NCBI RefSeq assembly: GCF_964355755.1
Contig: NC_092674.1
Coordinates: 14,694,001 to 14,758,000, forward strand
Origin: Antedon mediterranea
Taxonomy: Eukaryota > Animalia > Echinodermata
Reading direction: 5' to 3'
Length of the DNA: 64,000 bases
The position numbers were made by a program, and so were the translations under genes. How positions within the stretch are numbered: position 1 is the stretch's first letter; each line of letters begins with the position of its first letter. Positions 39,141 through 52,199 of the stretch are shown here, piece after piece. Under the pieces are notes generated by a model that was given only the letters and a program-made list of their open reading frames with translations, was not told the origin of the DNA and did no database searches.

Positions 39141-40153
39141 CGCCGTGGCTTAAGAAGATACGGTACCGTATCCTAACTTCTGTTTGCTAAAGGTACGGTA
39201 AAATTGCATTACGTCATAATCAGCCAATGGGGTGGTGGTACTGTCTGTGTGTGACGTCATTGTATAAGGACTTTGGATTTGTTTTATCGTGAAAACAGTG
39301 ATATTACCGCTTAACATTTTCTTTATGCTTAATTTATCGCTATTATCACCGTCGTGTGTGACAAAAACTAAATGTAGCCTGCGTCTGTTACTATTTTGAA
39401 AAGCCAAAACATGTTGATTTTTAATTCTAGAATACAGAAAACCGTTTCAAAAGAGGCCTACTACGTACTATAACCTCATTATATGAGTTTTGTTTGTGTA
39501 GGGAAAGCGGCGCCAGGCTGGGGCCAGCTGCATTTCTCTGAATTCTGTGACTCAGCCCTGGGGCTGTCTAAATCATAGTATTTGCTTGTTGTTTATGGTC
39601 ACCATCTAAACAAAGTTTAATAAAAAATATAGAATATAAATATATATATGGAATAAAAATAAAACCTCATATACTATATGGACGAATGAACTAGGTGCAA
39701 CACAATTTCCAACATTGAATTATAATTCCTTTACTTCTAATTTGGCTATCAACATATCGGATTATAATACTACTACCTGTAATCATGGAGGTATTTATAC
39801 CTCCATGCTGTAATTATATTGTATAATGAAATAATACTTGTTTTAAACGCTGTATGTAACGTCCACCAACCACATGAACTTGCTCTATTACTTTAGCCTC
39901 GACATTGTCGTCCGTTATTAAACTTCTGGATTCAACATTTGCTAGATCTAGCCCCGGTGCTGAGTCACAAAATCAGCGCACACATCCATGCAGCCTGCCG
40001 ACATTCTCTACATACGCGATATGAATAAAAAATCCAAAGTCCTTATACGATGACGTCACACACGTACCATTGGCTGATTATGACATAATGCAATTTTACC
40101 GTACCTTTAGCAAACGGAAGTTAGGATACGGTACCGTATCTTTAGCCATGGCG
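39141..40153. mobile_element. MITE with long TIRs and 9-bp TSD (Mutator-like)
   Basis: CGCCGTGGCT..AGATACGGTACCGTATCCTAACTTC...CAGCCAATGG inverted at 40068-40153; TSD ATATTTTTT at 39132-39140 and 40154-40162. Confidence 0.85.
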
Positions 40154-40439
40154 ATATTTTTTAATGGCAGTGTCACACCAAAATCAGTCCGGGCCAAAAT
40201 CGGTCCGGCGGACCAGTTTTTTGGAGGGAAATTAATGAAAAGAAGAACAAAAAAAAAGAGAGGAAAGAAAAAAATAAGAAAGAAAAAGAAAGGAAAAAAG
40301 AGAAGAAGGAAAAGAAAAAAGAAAGGACAAAAGAATTAATTAATTAATTAATACTATTATTAGTACTTCTCTGGCTTTCATAATTGTTTATGGTAATTTA
40401 ATTACTGACGAACATAACCCTTTTGTTTACTTATTAAAG

Positions 40440-40905
40440 TCCGAATCGGCAGACAATATCATTACCTTAACACCAATCCAAAGATTTGTTGAGGAGGAAG
40501 AACATCAATGCTATTCAGATTCTAAACAAGAGTCGGATGGACAATCATCATCTACTGCACAAACTGGCGGAGAAGGAGTAGCATGTAATGCATGGGAAGG
40601 GAATGAGGAAGTGAAGGAGATTGTATTACCAAAAACTAATTTCTTCAATGCATTTAGAGGAAAACTAGGATTTAAAAACAACAATACGTACGGCCAACAC
40701 CATCAAATTTACAATAAGTATAACATTTTAAAAAAGCTTATTGATTTAAAATGATGACTTAAATATTGGTAAAACTATTTATATTACCTATTCTATTTAG
40801 GATAACTTTGATGATATATTTAATGAAAATATTGAGTCAGTGCCCCGCCGTAGAGCAGTCTTAGGACATTCTTCAACACTTTTAAACCAAAGAGATGCTG
40901 CTGGG
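40440..40905 (+). other. Possible host-gene exons (40440-~40717 and 40801-~40903), product unknown
   Basis: AG-preceded, stop-free, more purine/GC-rich frames: SESADNIITL...HHQIYN and DNFDDIFNENIESVPRRRAVLG; no recognisable domain. Confidence 0.35.
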
Positions 40906-42624
40906 TTTGGTGGTGCTTTTATTAACTTACTTTTGCTGATGTGAAACATTGCAAATTATATGAAGGAAATTACATCTAATTGGAGAGTTAAATAAAAAAT
41001 GTCTTTAATATCATAACATGACATAAAAGGCATATTGCAGAATTATGCATATTGGTTTTTTAAGGTCTTAATGCAGACATCATGCAGCATGCAGTGCATA
41101 TCATTTGTTAGTTAACAACATATACAAATCTGTTTTGGAATGCTAAAACGTTTTTACCAGGTGAACTAAAGTTTACAATGTACAACATCAGTACATATTA
41201 TTTGTTAGTTGAACAAAAATGAATCTCATCATTATATTCATAGTGCCAAACGGTAGGAATTTTGTGACGACTAAGGTTATTTGTCATTGCAGAATGTACT
41301 GGGAAGAGCTACCATCAGTGGATGTGTACATGGAAGCGAGTGGTCTATAACCCAATTGTATTTCGAATGCGTAAAGGGTCTGTATCTGCTGTGTCGTGGT
41401 TGGTTAGAGGTGCCTTTATTTTGAATCTCATGGGATTTGTTTGCATGCATTGAAAAGGTTGTTGCATTGCAACTCGACTCGAACACAGAATTAAATCATT
41501 CTGTTAAAGACGCAGGCTTATTGGTACATGCTTAAATATTAGACCAATCAGAGGTTGCGTTAAATGTTGAGTAAATTAGCATCTCTTTTGGGACATTTTT
41601 TTATTTCAGTAATATCGATATTTATTACAAATGGTGAAGTTCTGATTTTCACTAAATATGGTAACATTATGCAATCCCAGAAACACTGACTGAACACATT
41701 GCATCTTAATTTAAGCTTAAATCTTCTGCTAGTCCAATGGCATGTTATCACAAATGAAATAGAAAGGTTTTCTGGTATCGTGTACTGTTGCCGTATTTAG
41801 TAAAACGAACAAAAGGTAAATTCATAATCTGTAAAAGCGTAATTTTTCTATACAAATTGATGCAGTAGGCCTACCATTTCCGATTGCCGACCATATACCT
41901 GTTGTTAGTGTTGCGATCAACTAAACTAAACCGCTTTGTTTTCAGTTTCTTATAGGCCTGATATCATAACAGTATTCTGACTACAACTATAAAAATACCA
42001 GTTAGATAATTGTTGTTAGATAGTTAGTTATTTGGCAACAGATTAAGAAGTGCTGATATGAACTAATTTCTAAATGTACTTACTATTTTCACATACAGTA
42101 ACATGAAACAGCATTGCTGGTAGTTTGGACCTGTGCAGAAGATTGCCTTTCTGACTTATGGTACTGGTACTTAACATCAACGTAACATACTGTGCACAAA
42201 CATAGGAAAAATACATGTATTTATTGCCAAACTTGAAATAGAAAGAGTTTTAAAACATCAACTAAATTCAAACGAAAATTAATATACGGTATAACAAATA
42301 AAACAATAGCCATCATTGTTTTTCTGCTTAATAACATTTAATCAACAAAACAGTTTGTCCTTTTGCTCTGAGCTCTCTTACCGAATGTTTGCTTTTTTCA
42401 CACCCCTACTAAGCAATTGTGTGTTGATAACTGACCATTAAGCCCATCGGCTCGCTTGATTCATTTAATGTCATTTAATTGAATGTCCAAGCTTCTTGTC
42501 TCGGATATTGTCGGAGGGAGATTAATCGATAATTTGTCGAGCTAAAATGAAACCTGCCGTTATATTCATACAAGTTAAACCCACTATACTTGCCGCCTTA
42601 TTTATATATTTAAAGCCACACGTC

Positions 42625-43280
42625 AATGAATAAGGCCAGATGGCTGCAGTCGCGTGCTCAAGTTAGTGTTTACCGACAGACCGACCGAAATTGGTAAACA
42701 TGTTTAAAAAATGTTGAAAATGTTTAAAAACATAAAATGTTTTAATTTACACGTGCGTAGCCTGTCACTTTTGACGTGCCCGTATAACGTAATTTCGAGT
42801 TGAAAAGTGAATCAAATATGATCATATTATTAAAGAAAGGTTGTAAAACAGAAATCGGGCAAAAAGAGTGCATATTAACATTTAACGCGCAGTGCGCGTG
42901 CACAAATTTGCGCATTCATTGCAATTTTTTAAACGCTTAAAATTGCCTGAAACGTACTTTTATTTCATCGAAAATAAATTTGAAAATTTTGAAAATTTTA
43001 AGCGCGCGTATGCATGCGTTACATGCTTGTGAAGATATGATTACAAACGTGATTTAGTTAAATCGTGCGTATAGACAGCGTAATTTTGGATTGTGCACCG
43101 TGAAAAGATAACCACATTGATTCCTAGCTATAAGGAATATACTGTGAAAAAAAAATTGACTTAGCTAGATGAAACTGATATATCAAGACAAGGCCATATA
43201 CAAATTAGTGTTTACCGACCGACCAACCAACCAACCGACCGACATAGTGAGCTGTAGAGTCGCGTTGCACGTGACTAATA
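42625..43280 (-). mobile_element. HINE-like non-autonomous Helentron
   Basis: Minus-strand 5' hairpin TTAGTCACGTGCAACGCGACTC; GCACGCGACT sub-TIR near the other end; (GACC)n tract; core resembles 50560-50830 in reverse. Confidence 0.6.
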
Positions 43281-44129
43281 CATTATTATATATTGTATTT
43301 GAAAATGTCCGTATTTCATTAGTGTTTTTAGTACCACTAATTATTTAAGAATACGCCTGACGGACAGACCAACATAACCGATATAATTTCTAGTATTGAA
43401 GTAGAAAACAATAGATTCAACCGAAAAGCATTATACGGTCCATATTGACTACTGAATGCACAGTCACAAATCAGTATTTTCAACATTTATGATAGGTTTA
43501 TGACAACAACTTCCATTACTATAATATAAACATTATCATTGATTTTCATTTAATGAATGAATTAGCATTTTACTACAATAGTTTACAAGATAGCATTTTT
43601 TTTGTGAGATATTTACCCAAAAAATTTATAAATCCCGTACATATAAAAGCTCTAATTGTAACACAAATTTAAAATTTCTTTTTAAAACCACTTCCATTTA
43701 TAGATAGGGCAGTTTTTAAAAGTTTTCTGAAAAAATGCAAGCATATTCATTTAAATAAAAAAAATTTAATTTACCCAAAAAGTGAGACTATTTTACATAT
43801 ATTTTGTAAAATAATGACTCAAATAACATTTAATGACAATCAATGTGTAGTATGATTCATCAGCGTTACATTGAGCTTAATTCCAAAACAATTGATGCAT
43901 TTCATCAAATACTGTGCCATAAAATAAAGATATTGGTAAAATTGCGTGAAAAAATAGGTCATTGACCTCTGACCCGAAAGTGCATTACCAGAATCACTTA
44001 AAAATTGGATTTTCAGATGTATGTACCAATCAGATGTGACACCGAATCGATTGATTGAATGAATGATTATAATAATTGTTTGTGTATCTACTGTACTTCT
44101 AAATTGTTTATTATAAACTTATTTTTGTT

Positions 44130-44875
44130 AATCAACGTTGAAATTAGGACCCGAGTCGGATCAACGTCTACCCTACCTCATTATCAGTTTGAAGAGTGAT
44201 ACTTCGTGGTCGATATAGCTTTGTCGGTACAACGTCACTATTCAACGATGGAGATCAACCTTGAATTGTTAGACCCTCAACATTGTATCAACGTTAAAAA
44301 TAGTGACGTCATATCGACGATGGTAGATTGACCTTGAATTTTCAGACATCAACCTTGTATTAATTTCAACGTTGATGTCTGAAAATTCAAGGTCAATCTA
44401 CCATCATCGATTCGATGTCACTAAGAGTATTTTAAAAAAAGTAAACAATATTATGAAAGACCCCACTCATCCGTTACATTAATTACTATAACTTATAAAT
44501 AGATCAGGTAATAGGCTACGACCTCCAAGAGCAAATCTTTGTAGAACTAGAAAATCCTTTGTTGTAAAAAGCATTCATATTTTTAATTCTAATGTAAGAC
44601 GATAATGCAATTTTTAAATAGTTTTACATTTTTTTAATTTTTTTTTATTTTTAACTTTTTATCTTGTATTTTAATCTGTTATAATTCTGCACGTTTTAAA
44701 TTGTTGCAACATTTTTTATGTTTGTTTTTTATTGTTGTTTCAATCTACCAAACAAAGTGAATTTCCATTTTTATGGACAAATAAAATTTCTTGAATCTTG
44801 AATCTTAACGTTGATACAATGTTGAAAGTCTAACAATTCAAGGTTGATCTCCATCATCAATACAACGTCGACTAT
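44130..44875. mobile_element. Palindromic foldback element interrupted by a LINE 3' fragment (~44425-44806, CTTGAAT tail)
   Basis: GATGGTAGATTGACCTTGAATTTTCAGACATCAAC perfectly inverted around 44365; outer arms 44247-44296 and 44808-44855. Confidence 0.7.
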
Positions 44876-45140
44876 AATATTAACTCATGTACCGTAGTTA
44901 TCTCATTCACTTTAGCAGTCTGTGGTCAATCATCTTAGTCTGTATATTTTACATTATGGTTTGTTGGTCAAATAAATGAGAATAAAAATGAAAATAATTT
45001 TACGATAGTATTTTTGTTTATTGGTCGCTTGTTTACACCAAAGATTCTTTTTTCGCAATAAAATAAATTAATATACTGCCCTCTTTAGTTACATTCTAAC
45101 AATAGAGTTGCCATTTCTGTCATTTTATGCCTATTATATG

Positions 45141-45807
45141 TCGTACTGTCGCGGGTATAAGCCCACCCCCCTCGAACATGAAATCACGTCAAGTTTGGGG
45201 GGTGGGCTTATACCCGAGGATCCAAAAATGCAGATCGTCAAAAACAGCACATGTACACTGTGTATTCCACCATGCGAGCGAGCGCCCTCACGTGTACGAC
45301 ATTGCTTCTAAATACACGAGGTGTAGAGTGTGGGAAAATTAAGCTTATAGTTCGTCTAATTTATCGTAGAATATCTTATTTTAAACATCAATTTAACAAG
45401 AATTTATCAAGCAGAAAAGCAAGTATACAATATTCGTTAAATAGAAATGTACCAAAGAAATTTAATAAGCTTGTTTATGGCAGCCGATACCAAATAGTGG
45501 TTTTCCATTTTGGCGACTTGTAGCGTCGTGTGTAAAGCGATCTTCGACCGCGATGGAGTGTAAACAAAACAGGACCGCTAGGCCTCATATGGCCTAGCGT
45601 ATATTAGCCTAGTTTGGTTATGATCAAAGGTAGGTGTATTCGGTGTATGGACGTCGCCGAATACAAAATATTGTATTACGACACACACTGTAGATCTTCA
45701 AATTAATGGGTGGGCTTATACCCGAGTGCCTCATTTTTCAGGAAAATTAGTCAAAAGTCGGGGGTGGGCTTATACCCGAGTATGGGCTTAACCCCGCGTC
45801 AGTACGG
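45141..45807. mobile_element. pogo-like MITE
   Basis: CGTACTGTCGCGGGTATAAGCCC / GGGCTTAACCCCGCGTCAGTACGG+TA; internal GGGCTTATACCCGAG repeats. Confidence 0.75.
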
Positions 45808-46073
45808 TATATATATTAATATATTCGCATTATTTGGAGGCCCACGGCAATGCAGAGGCATTATTTAGCCGTTTTTAGCATAGGCCCCCTAATCTGGCAT
45901 AATTTTATGTTTTTTTAATTGAACAGCCAAAAAATTAATATACCAAAGAAAAATAATATTATGGTATGTATGTATATAAAATATGTATCATTATTTCGAT
46001 TAAATCAACGTTAAAAATGACAGAGTGAAGGGATTGCAACAAATTATGGAACGCCGTTTACGCAAGTTTAGGC

Positions 46074-46240
46074 GATGATAAAATTGCATCGATGTAATGA
46101 AAATCGCGTCGATGCAACGAAAATTGCGTCGATGTGATGAAAATTGTGTCGATAAATAAAATATCGATTTAATGAAAATTACGTCGATGTGATGAATATT
46201 GCCGCGATGAAAATTGCGTCAATGTAATGAAAATTGCGTT
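46074..46240. repeat. Minisatellite, ~21-bp unit
   Basis: ATGAAAATTGCGTCGATGTA-like unit, about 7 copies. Confidence 0.85.
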
Positions 46241-46259
46241 TAAGGTGCACTATAACTCA

Positions 46260-47430
46260 CGGTCCTGAACTAGATTTAATAGTTGGAGTAGTATACAGAA
46301 ATCCTAATAACACAAGTGAAATGAATGAACAATTAAACAGTGTCTTACAAAGTCTTAATAATGACACAAAAGATATTATGATAATGGGTGACTTCAACTA
46401 CCCGTGATATCAATTGGATCACAATGCAAGCGGAATCTAGTAAATCTGATGCATTTCTAGATGTTATATTGAAAAACATAGGGTGCAACATGTAATCAAT
46501 CCAACTAGAAAAGATTCCTTACTTGACCTAGTCTTCACTTCAAATCCAGACATGATTGATAATGTAGAAGTACAAGAACATTTAGGAACAAGCGACCACT
46601 GTATGTTAACATGGGAAATTAACTACTTCATTGAACCCAAGTCATCAATAGAAAAACGCGACTACCAACGAGCAGACTATAACTTGATGAGAACCGGTTT
46701 TGACAACATTGACTGGCAAACAGAACTAAAAAATTGTACAACAGAAGAGATGTGGAAAAAAATGAATACTACACTCAACAACTTGATAACTGATCATGTG
46801 CCAATAAAACAAGCTAAAAGAAAGAAATCATGATGGCTTACAAAGAGAGCACTGAAATTTACAAAGAGGAAAAAACGAGCTTGGAGAAAATACCAAAACC
46901 AAATAAAAAGCACTACAAGAGAAAAGAAAAAAACAGAAAGAAGCAAACAGAAGTTAGGTACACAAATACATGTTTGAAAAGAAATTGGCCTATGTCCGCT
47001 CCAAACAGAAAAATAAATATGCTATTGGACCACTAAAGGAGGATACAGGAGAACAATTACCGGAAGTTCAAGAAACCGTGAATGCCTTAATAATTGTTTT
47101 GCTTCAGTATTTACAGAAGAGCAGGGCGAGATACCACAGATGAGTAGGCCTACAAAAGAGAAATAAATGAGAAGCTCTGTATTATTGACATCACAAAGGA
47201 ATGCGTCAAGATAAAGCTTGCACTAGACCCAACCAAGGCAGCAGGACCAGACGACGTATACCCGAGAATTCTAAAAGAACTGTCAAGCCAATTATGTCAT
47301 CCCCTAGCTTGCCTGTATAACCAATCCATATTTGAAAGCTACGTACCCGAAGACTGGCGCACAGCACGTCCAATATTCAAGAAGGGTTCACGGTCCAGGC
47401 CTGAAAATTATAGACCGATAAGCCTAACGT
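46260..47430 (+). pseudogene. CR1-type LINE ORF2 fragment (endonuclease to start of RT)
   Basis: GVVYRNP, IMGDFNYP, PTRKDSLLDLVFT, LGTSDH, KAAGPDDVYPRILKE, NYRPISLT; stops and frameshifts. Confidence 0.9.
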
Positions 47431-47959
47431 ATCAGAAAAACCAAAAACAATTTTTTTTTCCTATACTTTTTTTCCGCAAAATTTGTAATGCACCCGGCAT
47501 ACCTGTATACTATATCACGCAAGCCATTAGTGGAGATATATAGTGTCATCCATCAGGCACCGGCGACAGAAATGGAAAAAAACACATTGTTTGCACCTCT
47601 TCTCCTCCTCTATACGCGCCTCGTGTGCACCAAACTGCCAGAGCAAAAAATAGTATGCAGCATGCCCATCATCAGCTAAACTTACACAACAGAGGACACT
47701 GGCCGGGCCGTGGCGATAATTTACCACCAAAATAGTAGCAGCAAGTAGTTCAAGCAGGGAAAAAGTTTTAAAATTGTATAATTAGGTGTTATTTTTTACA
47801 ACATAACCTACTAGGCTAGGCCTAGCCTAGTACTGCTAGGCCTAGCAGGCTCTCTTAGACTAGGTTAGAAGGTAGCCTAGGGCCATGCCTATTATTCAAG
47901 CATAGCCTAGCAGGCCCTTAGCCTAACTCTAACCAGGCGCGGATTTAGGCAGAGACTAA

Positions 47960-49690
47960 ACAGGCTTTATTAGCACCCCAACCCTAATTGGGTTAAGAAC
48001 ATTGTATGAACATAGATTAAATACGCCGCTGGGTTAAGAAAATTATATGATCATAGATTAAATACGTTAAATACCTTGGCACCTCTATATGATAAGCTAC
48101 GTTTTTTGTAGTTTGTTTTTGGTTTTGGTACTATTAAATTTGGCTTAGTTCTAATAATATAGTAATTGTTTTTGATATTGAACTTATTTAATAAATATAT
48201 GGAGATGCAAGGTTGTTCTATATCTTAAACATAATAATAGCTTCATATATAATCTTTCATCTAAGTTCATCCAATTTAGACTTTTTAGAGCTTGAGTACT
48301 AGAGTCGGTTTGAGATTTGTTTGTTATAACTTTTGCTGCGCGATTTTGAAGAACTTGTAGTGTCTTACTTTGAGCTATATTTGAACGTCCCCAAACAACA
48401 TGGCAATACTCAAGATGAGAAGCCATAAGTGATTTGTATAGTTTGAATTTAATTTCTTTTGGAAATATATTATTAGTCTTTTTTGAGTAGTACAAGCTCT
48501 GCAAAGCCTTAGATTTTACATTATCGATTTGTGAGCACCAAGAAAGATTATTATCTAATGTCACACCAAGGTGTTTACATTTATTTACACGAGAGATTTG
48601 TTCTCCATCTATGTTAATGTTGACTTGTAATTCAGATACTTACTAACCTCTGTCTCATTCCAATTAACATAAATTCTGTTTTTTTAACATTTAGGCTAAG
48701 TTTGTTGCATATGAGCCATCTTTTATTAACATAAAGGAGAAATATTAATGATCCTAGGATACCCCTGAGGGATTCCACATATACTGTGACTTTCATCAGA
48801 AAAATCTCCATTTACATTGGTTATATGTACTCGATTATGCAGGTAGTTTCCAAACAACTTAATAAAATTTGAATGAAAATTGAAAGATCGAAAGCCTTTT
48901 TCAAGTCTATCATTACTAGCCCAATGTAATTTCCTGTGTCAATGGCTTCTAGCCAGGCCTCTGTGATATTAAGCAATGCAGGCGTAGTTGAGCAGCCTGG
49001 TCTAAACCCATATACATAGCATTTTGTTTAGATTTAGGAAATCATAAAATTGTTCAAATACAACTTTTTCAAGAACTTTTGATAATATTGGGAGAATAGA
49101 AATTGGCCTATAGTTATTACATTCTTTTTTATTTCCACCTTTAGGAAGAGAGCAGATCTTGGCCCTCTTCCATTGTTTTGGAAAACTTAAATTTAAAAAA
49201 AATAAATTACGGTAATTACATATGTCATTGGGTAAACAATTTCATCGATAGCAATTTTTAGTAGATTAGCTTGTATTTCAGTTCCAGTAGCTTTTTTGAT
49301 GAAAGTGAGTTAAGAAGTTTATGTATGTCTTTTGTTTATTAATATTTAAAAGTTAATTTGTTGTCAGTATTATTTACATCATTAGCAAAGTTAGAGAGTT
49401 GATGAGTAGATTAAATACTTTGAGCTAATGTTGGACCCACATTGGCAAAATACTTATTTAATACATTTGCAATATCTTTAGAATTAGTTACTTTATCATT
49501 TTCTTCATCATTTGTGGTTTTAATACTGGTTATATTCATGCTATTAGTTTTGCCAGGAATAATTAATTTAATATTTTCCCATATCTTTTTCTGATCTTAT
49601 CTTATCTTAGTATTGAGTTGTTCAGAAAAACAGTTCTTACTTTTTCGAAGTTCATAATTAATTCTCGGAGTGCCGTTTTATAGTTACATA
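47960..49690 (-). pseudogene. L2/Crack-type LINE ORF2 remnant (RT region)
   Basis: Minus strand: NYRPISILPILSKVLEK, DLKKAFD, GIPQGYP, KHLGVTLDNNLSW, LQVLQNRAAKVIT. Confidence 0.85.
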
Positions 49691-49879
49691 ATTGATTTTA
49701 GATCCCTCTCAAATGGTTGAAATAACAGTTGTTTTCTTGACACAAAATACGAAATATACATTTTCACAAATCACTAGATTTATGATGCAAAGTCAGAAAT
49801 TGCATGATGTCACTTTTATTGTTACTCCCGGGAGATCGCTTGTAGCAGTTGTTGTAAAACTTTGATAGATGATAAGCAC

Positions 49880-51502
49880 TTGTTGGTTATCCGCCTCAAG
49901 CGGATAACCTTTGTTATTGTAGTGTTACTTTTTTTTTTTATTATTCTTCTTTCTTTCTCAGATTTTGTGTACGCGTTTTCTCTTGAACGTGTTAACATAA
50001 CATTTTGTAACTTGGTCAACATATAGACAATTAACTGAAGATGTACTGCGAAGCTTTTGAACAATGTCAGATCCGCGTAGCGTAAGTTACGCGCGATTTT
50101 CTGAAAATCTTAAATCGGTCATAACTTCGAAACCGATAAATATTTTTTAACGAAATTTTCAGCCACGTTTTCTTCACATCAATGTCTAACTTTTGGAATG
50201 TTTAACAAATTTTTGGAGATTAGAAAGTTTTCGCGTAAATTGCGTTTGAAATATTTTACTCTTCTTATTTTGTGCACGCTGTTTCTCTTCAACGTGTAAA
50301 CATAATATGTTGTAACTTGTTCAGCATTTAGACATTTTACTGAAGTTGTCCAGCCAAGCTTTTTGACGATGTCAGAGCCGCGTAGCGTAAGGTACGCGTG
50401 ATTTTCTGAAAATCTTAAATTGGTTATAACTTCGAAACAAATGAATATTTTTTAACGTCATTTTCAGCCACGTTTGCTTCACATCAATAGTTAACTTTTT
50501 TAACGCTACCGCAATTTGTAACATTAGAAAGTGCGCGCGTAAATGGCGTTTGGAATTTTAAAATGCTTCAAATCAATTTCTGATTAAATTAGAGCACGAT
50601 TCAGGTCATTTTAAGCGTTTAAAATATTACCACTGGTGCGCACATTTTTACGCGCGCACGGCGCAGGGAACGCGTATGAGCATTTCTTTTACACTATTTG
50701 TGTTTTTAAATCTTCGGTTAACAATTTTACGTTATTTTATTCACTTTTCAACTTGAAATGGCGTTCTACGAGCACGTTAAACATGACAGGTTGAGCACGA
50801 AAACGTCAACAAATTGTGAAAATGTTGCAAAATATGTCTACTTTTAAAAATGAAACAGTTCATCAGAATGCAAGGTTACCCCCATTTTTTATTTTAATTT
50901 CTTGCAGTGTATGAATCATAGGTCTGATTTATTATAGTGTTGAATGCTAAAACGTGTTTGATGGCTACATTATTTGCATATTAAATATAATTTTTGAAAT
51001 ATTTATCATCAAACAAACATAAACTTATTCAAAGAGCAAAACAATAAACATAACATTTATCTTTTTTCTTTACATGTTAATATATAAAACTTGAAAGTAT
51101 GTACTTTCATAAAATATCAGCGTTTCAAATTTTTGAAGATTTCATCATAGTAAAATTTATGATTTAAGTTTGATATGTAATAATCAACTTGCATCGAGGG
51201 GGTTCACGACATACCGAATGAACGAGGACTCTTTCTTCGGATTTTCGTCAGCAGGTGGTCATATGGCTCGATGTGTAATGCAACCGACTTTGATATCAGA
51301 GGTACCGGGTTCGAGTCCCGTCACGGGAAAACAATTAATTAAAAAGGTTTAGTTGGTTATTACACTGAGAGGGCAGTTTTAATTTTGAATAGCCTACTTT
51401 TTTTGGAAAAGTCATAACTTGGAAGTACTTGAATACGCAAGATACGCTTTGTTGCTGGCGGATAACCAAACTCGTCCTCAAGTGACGAGTTTAAGTTCTA
51501 GT
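49880..51502 (+). mobile_element. Complete HINE-type non-autonomous Helentron
   Basis: 5' sub-TIR TTGGTTATCCGCC (49883) within a hairpin; 3' inverted GGCGGATAACCAA (51457); hairpin AAACTCGTC/GACGAGTTT then CTAGT; two ~300-bp internal tandem units; tRNA-like segment at 51257-51328. Confidence 0.85.
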
Positions 51503-52199
51503 TTATATTCATGATGTACTGTATTGTAAGGAGAATATGCAAAGACATATTCTTCTTATTTTTAAAGGCAAAAAAGGTGTTTGGTGAAAGGATTTATCTT
51601 TTCAAGTGTCATAGTGACCCAGCATTGAAAATACTACAGTATTATGATGATAATAAAAATAATGATGATTTTTGCTTCTTATACATACAGTGGATTTTAC
51701 TGAAACCAATGAAAACAAAAAAGCCAGAAGACAAAGAAAACTACAATTTAAAAATGTGAATTTTTTAAGCTGCCTTAAAATTAACAATTGCCTGATTATA
51801 AACACAAATATATAAGTATTCCAGAAAGGAAGACAGGAGGACCAAGAAAAAGATACTGTAATGATTTGAGCAGATGAATAGAACGAGCAAATACAACTAG
51901 AACACACCTCTGGAATATTTTGGATGAATGTACTAGCCATAGCTCAACACAATAAACAATAAATTTCAACTGTGAGGATACAACCACACACTGTTCCTTA
52001 ATTAACTGTTACAATTATTGATGATGGGAAAATATTAAAACAACCATTGTACAGGAAGCGTACACGTTTCGAAACCCATCACCATCGTTTACAGTAGAAC
52101 AGTTAAATTGTGTGAAAGAAACACTAAATTACCATAAATATGCATCATGAATAGAGGCGACATCTTGTACAATCTTTCCACGATTTACAACAATCTGCT

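Noticed and set aside
40070-40339. K/R-rich ORF
   Set aside because: Formed from a MITE TIR plus an (A/G)n low-complexity tract
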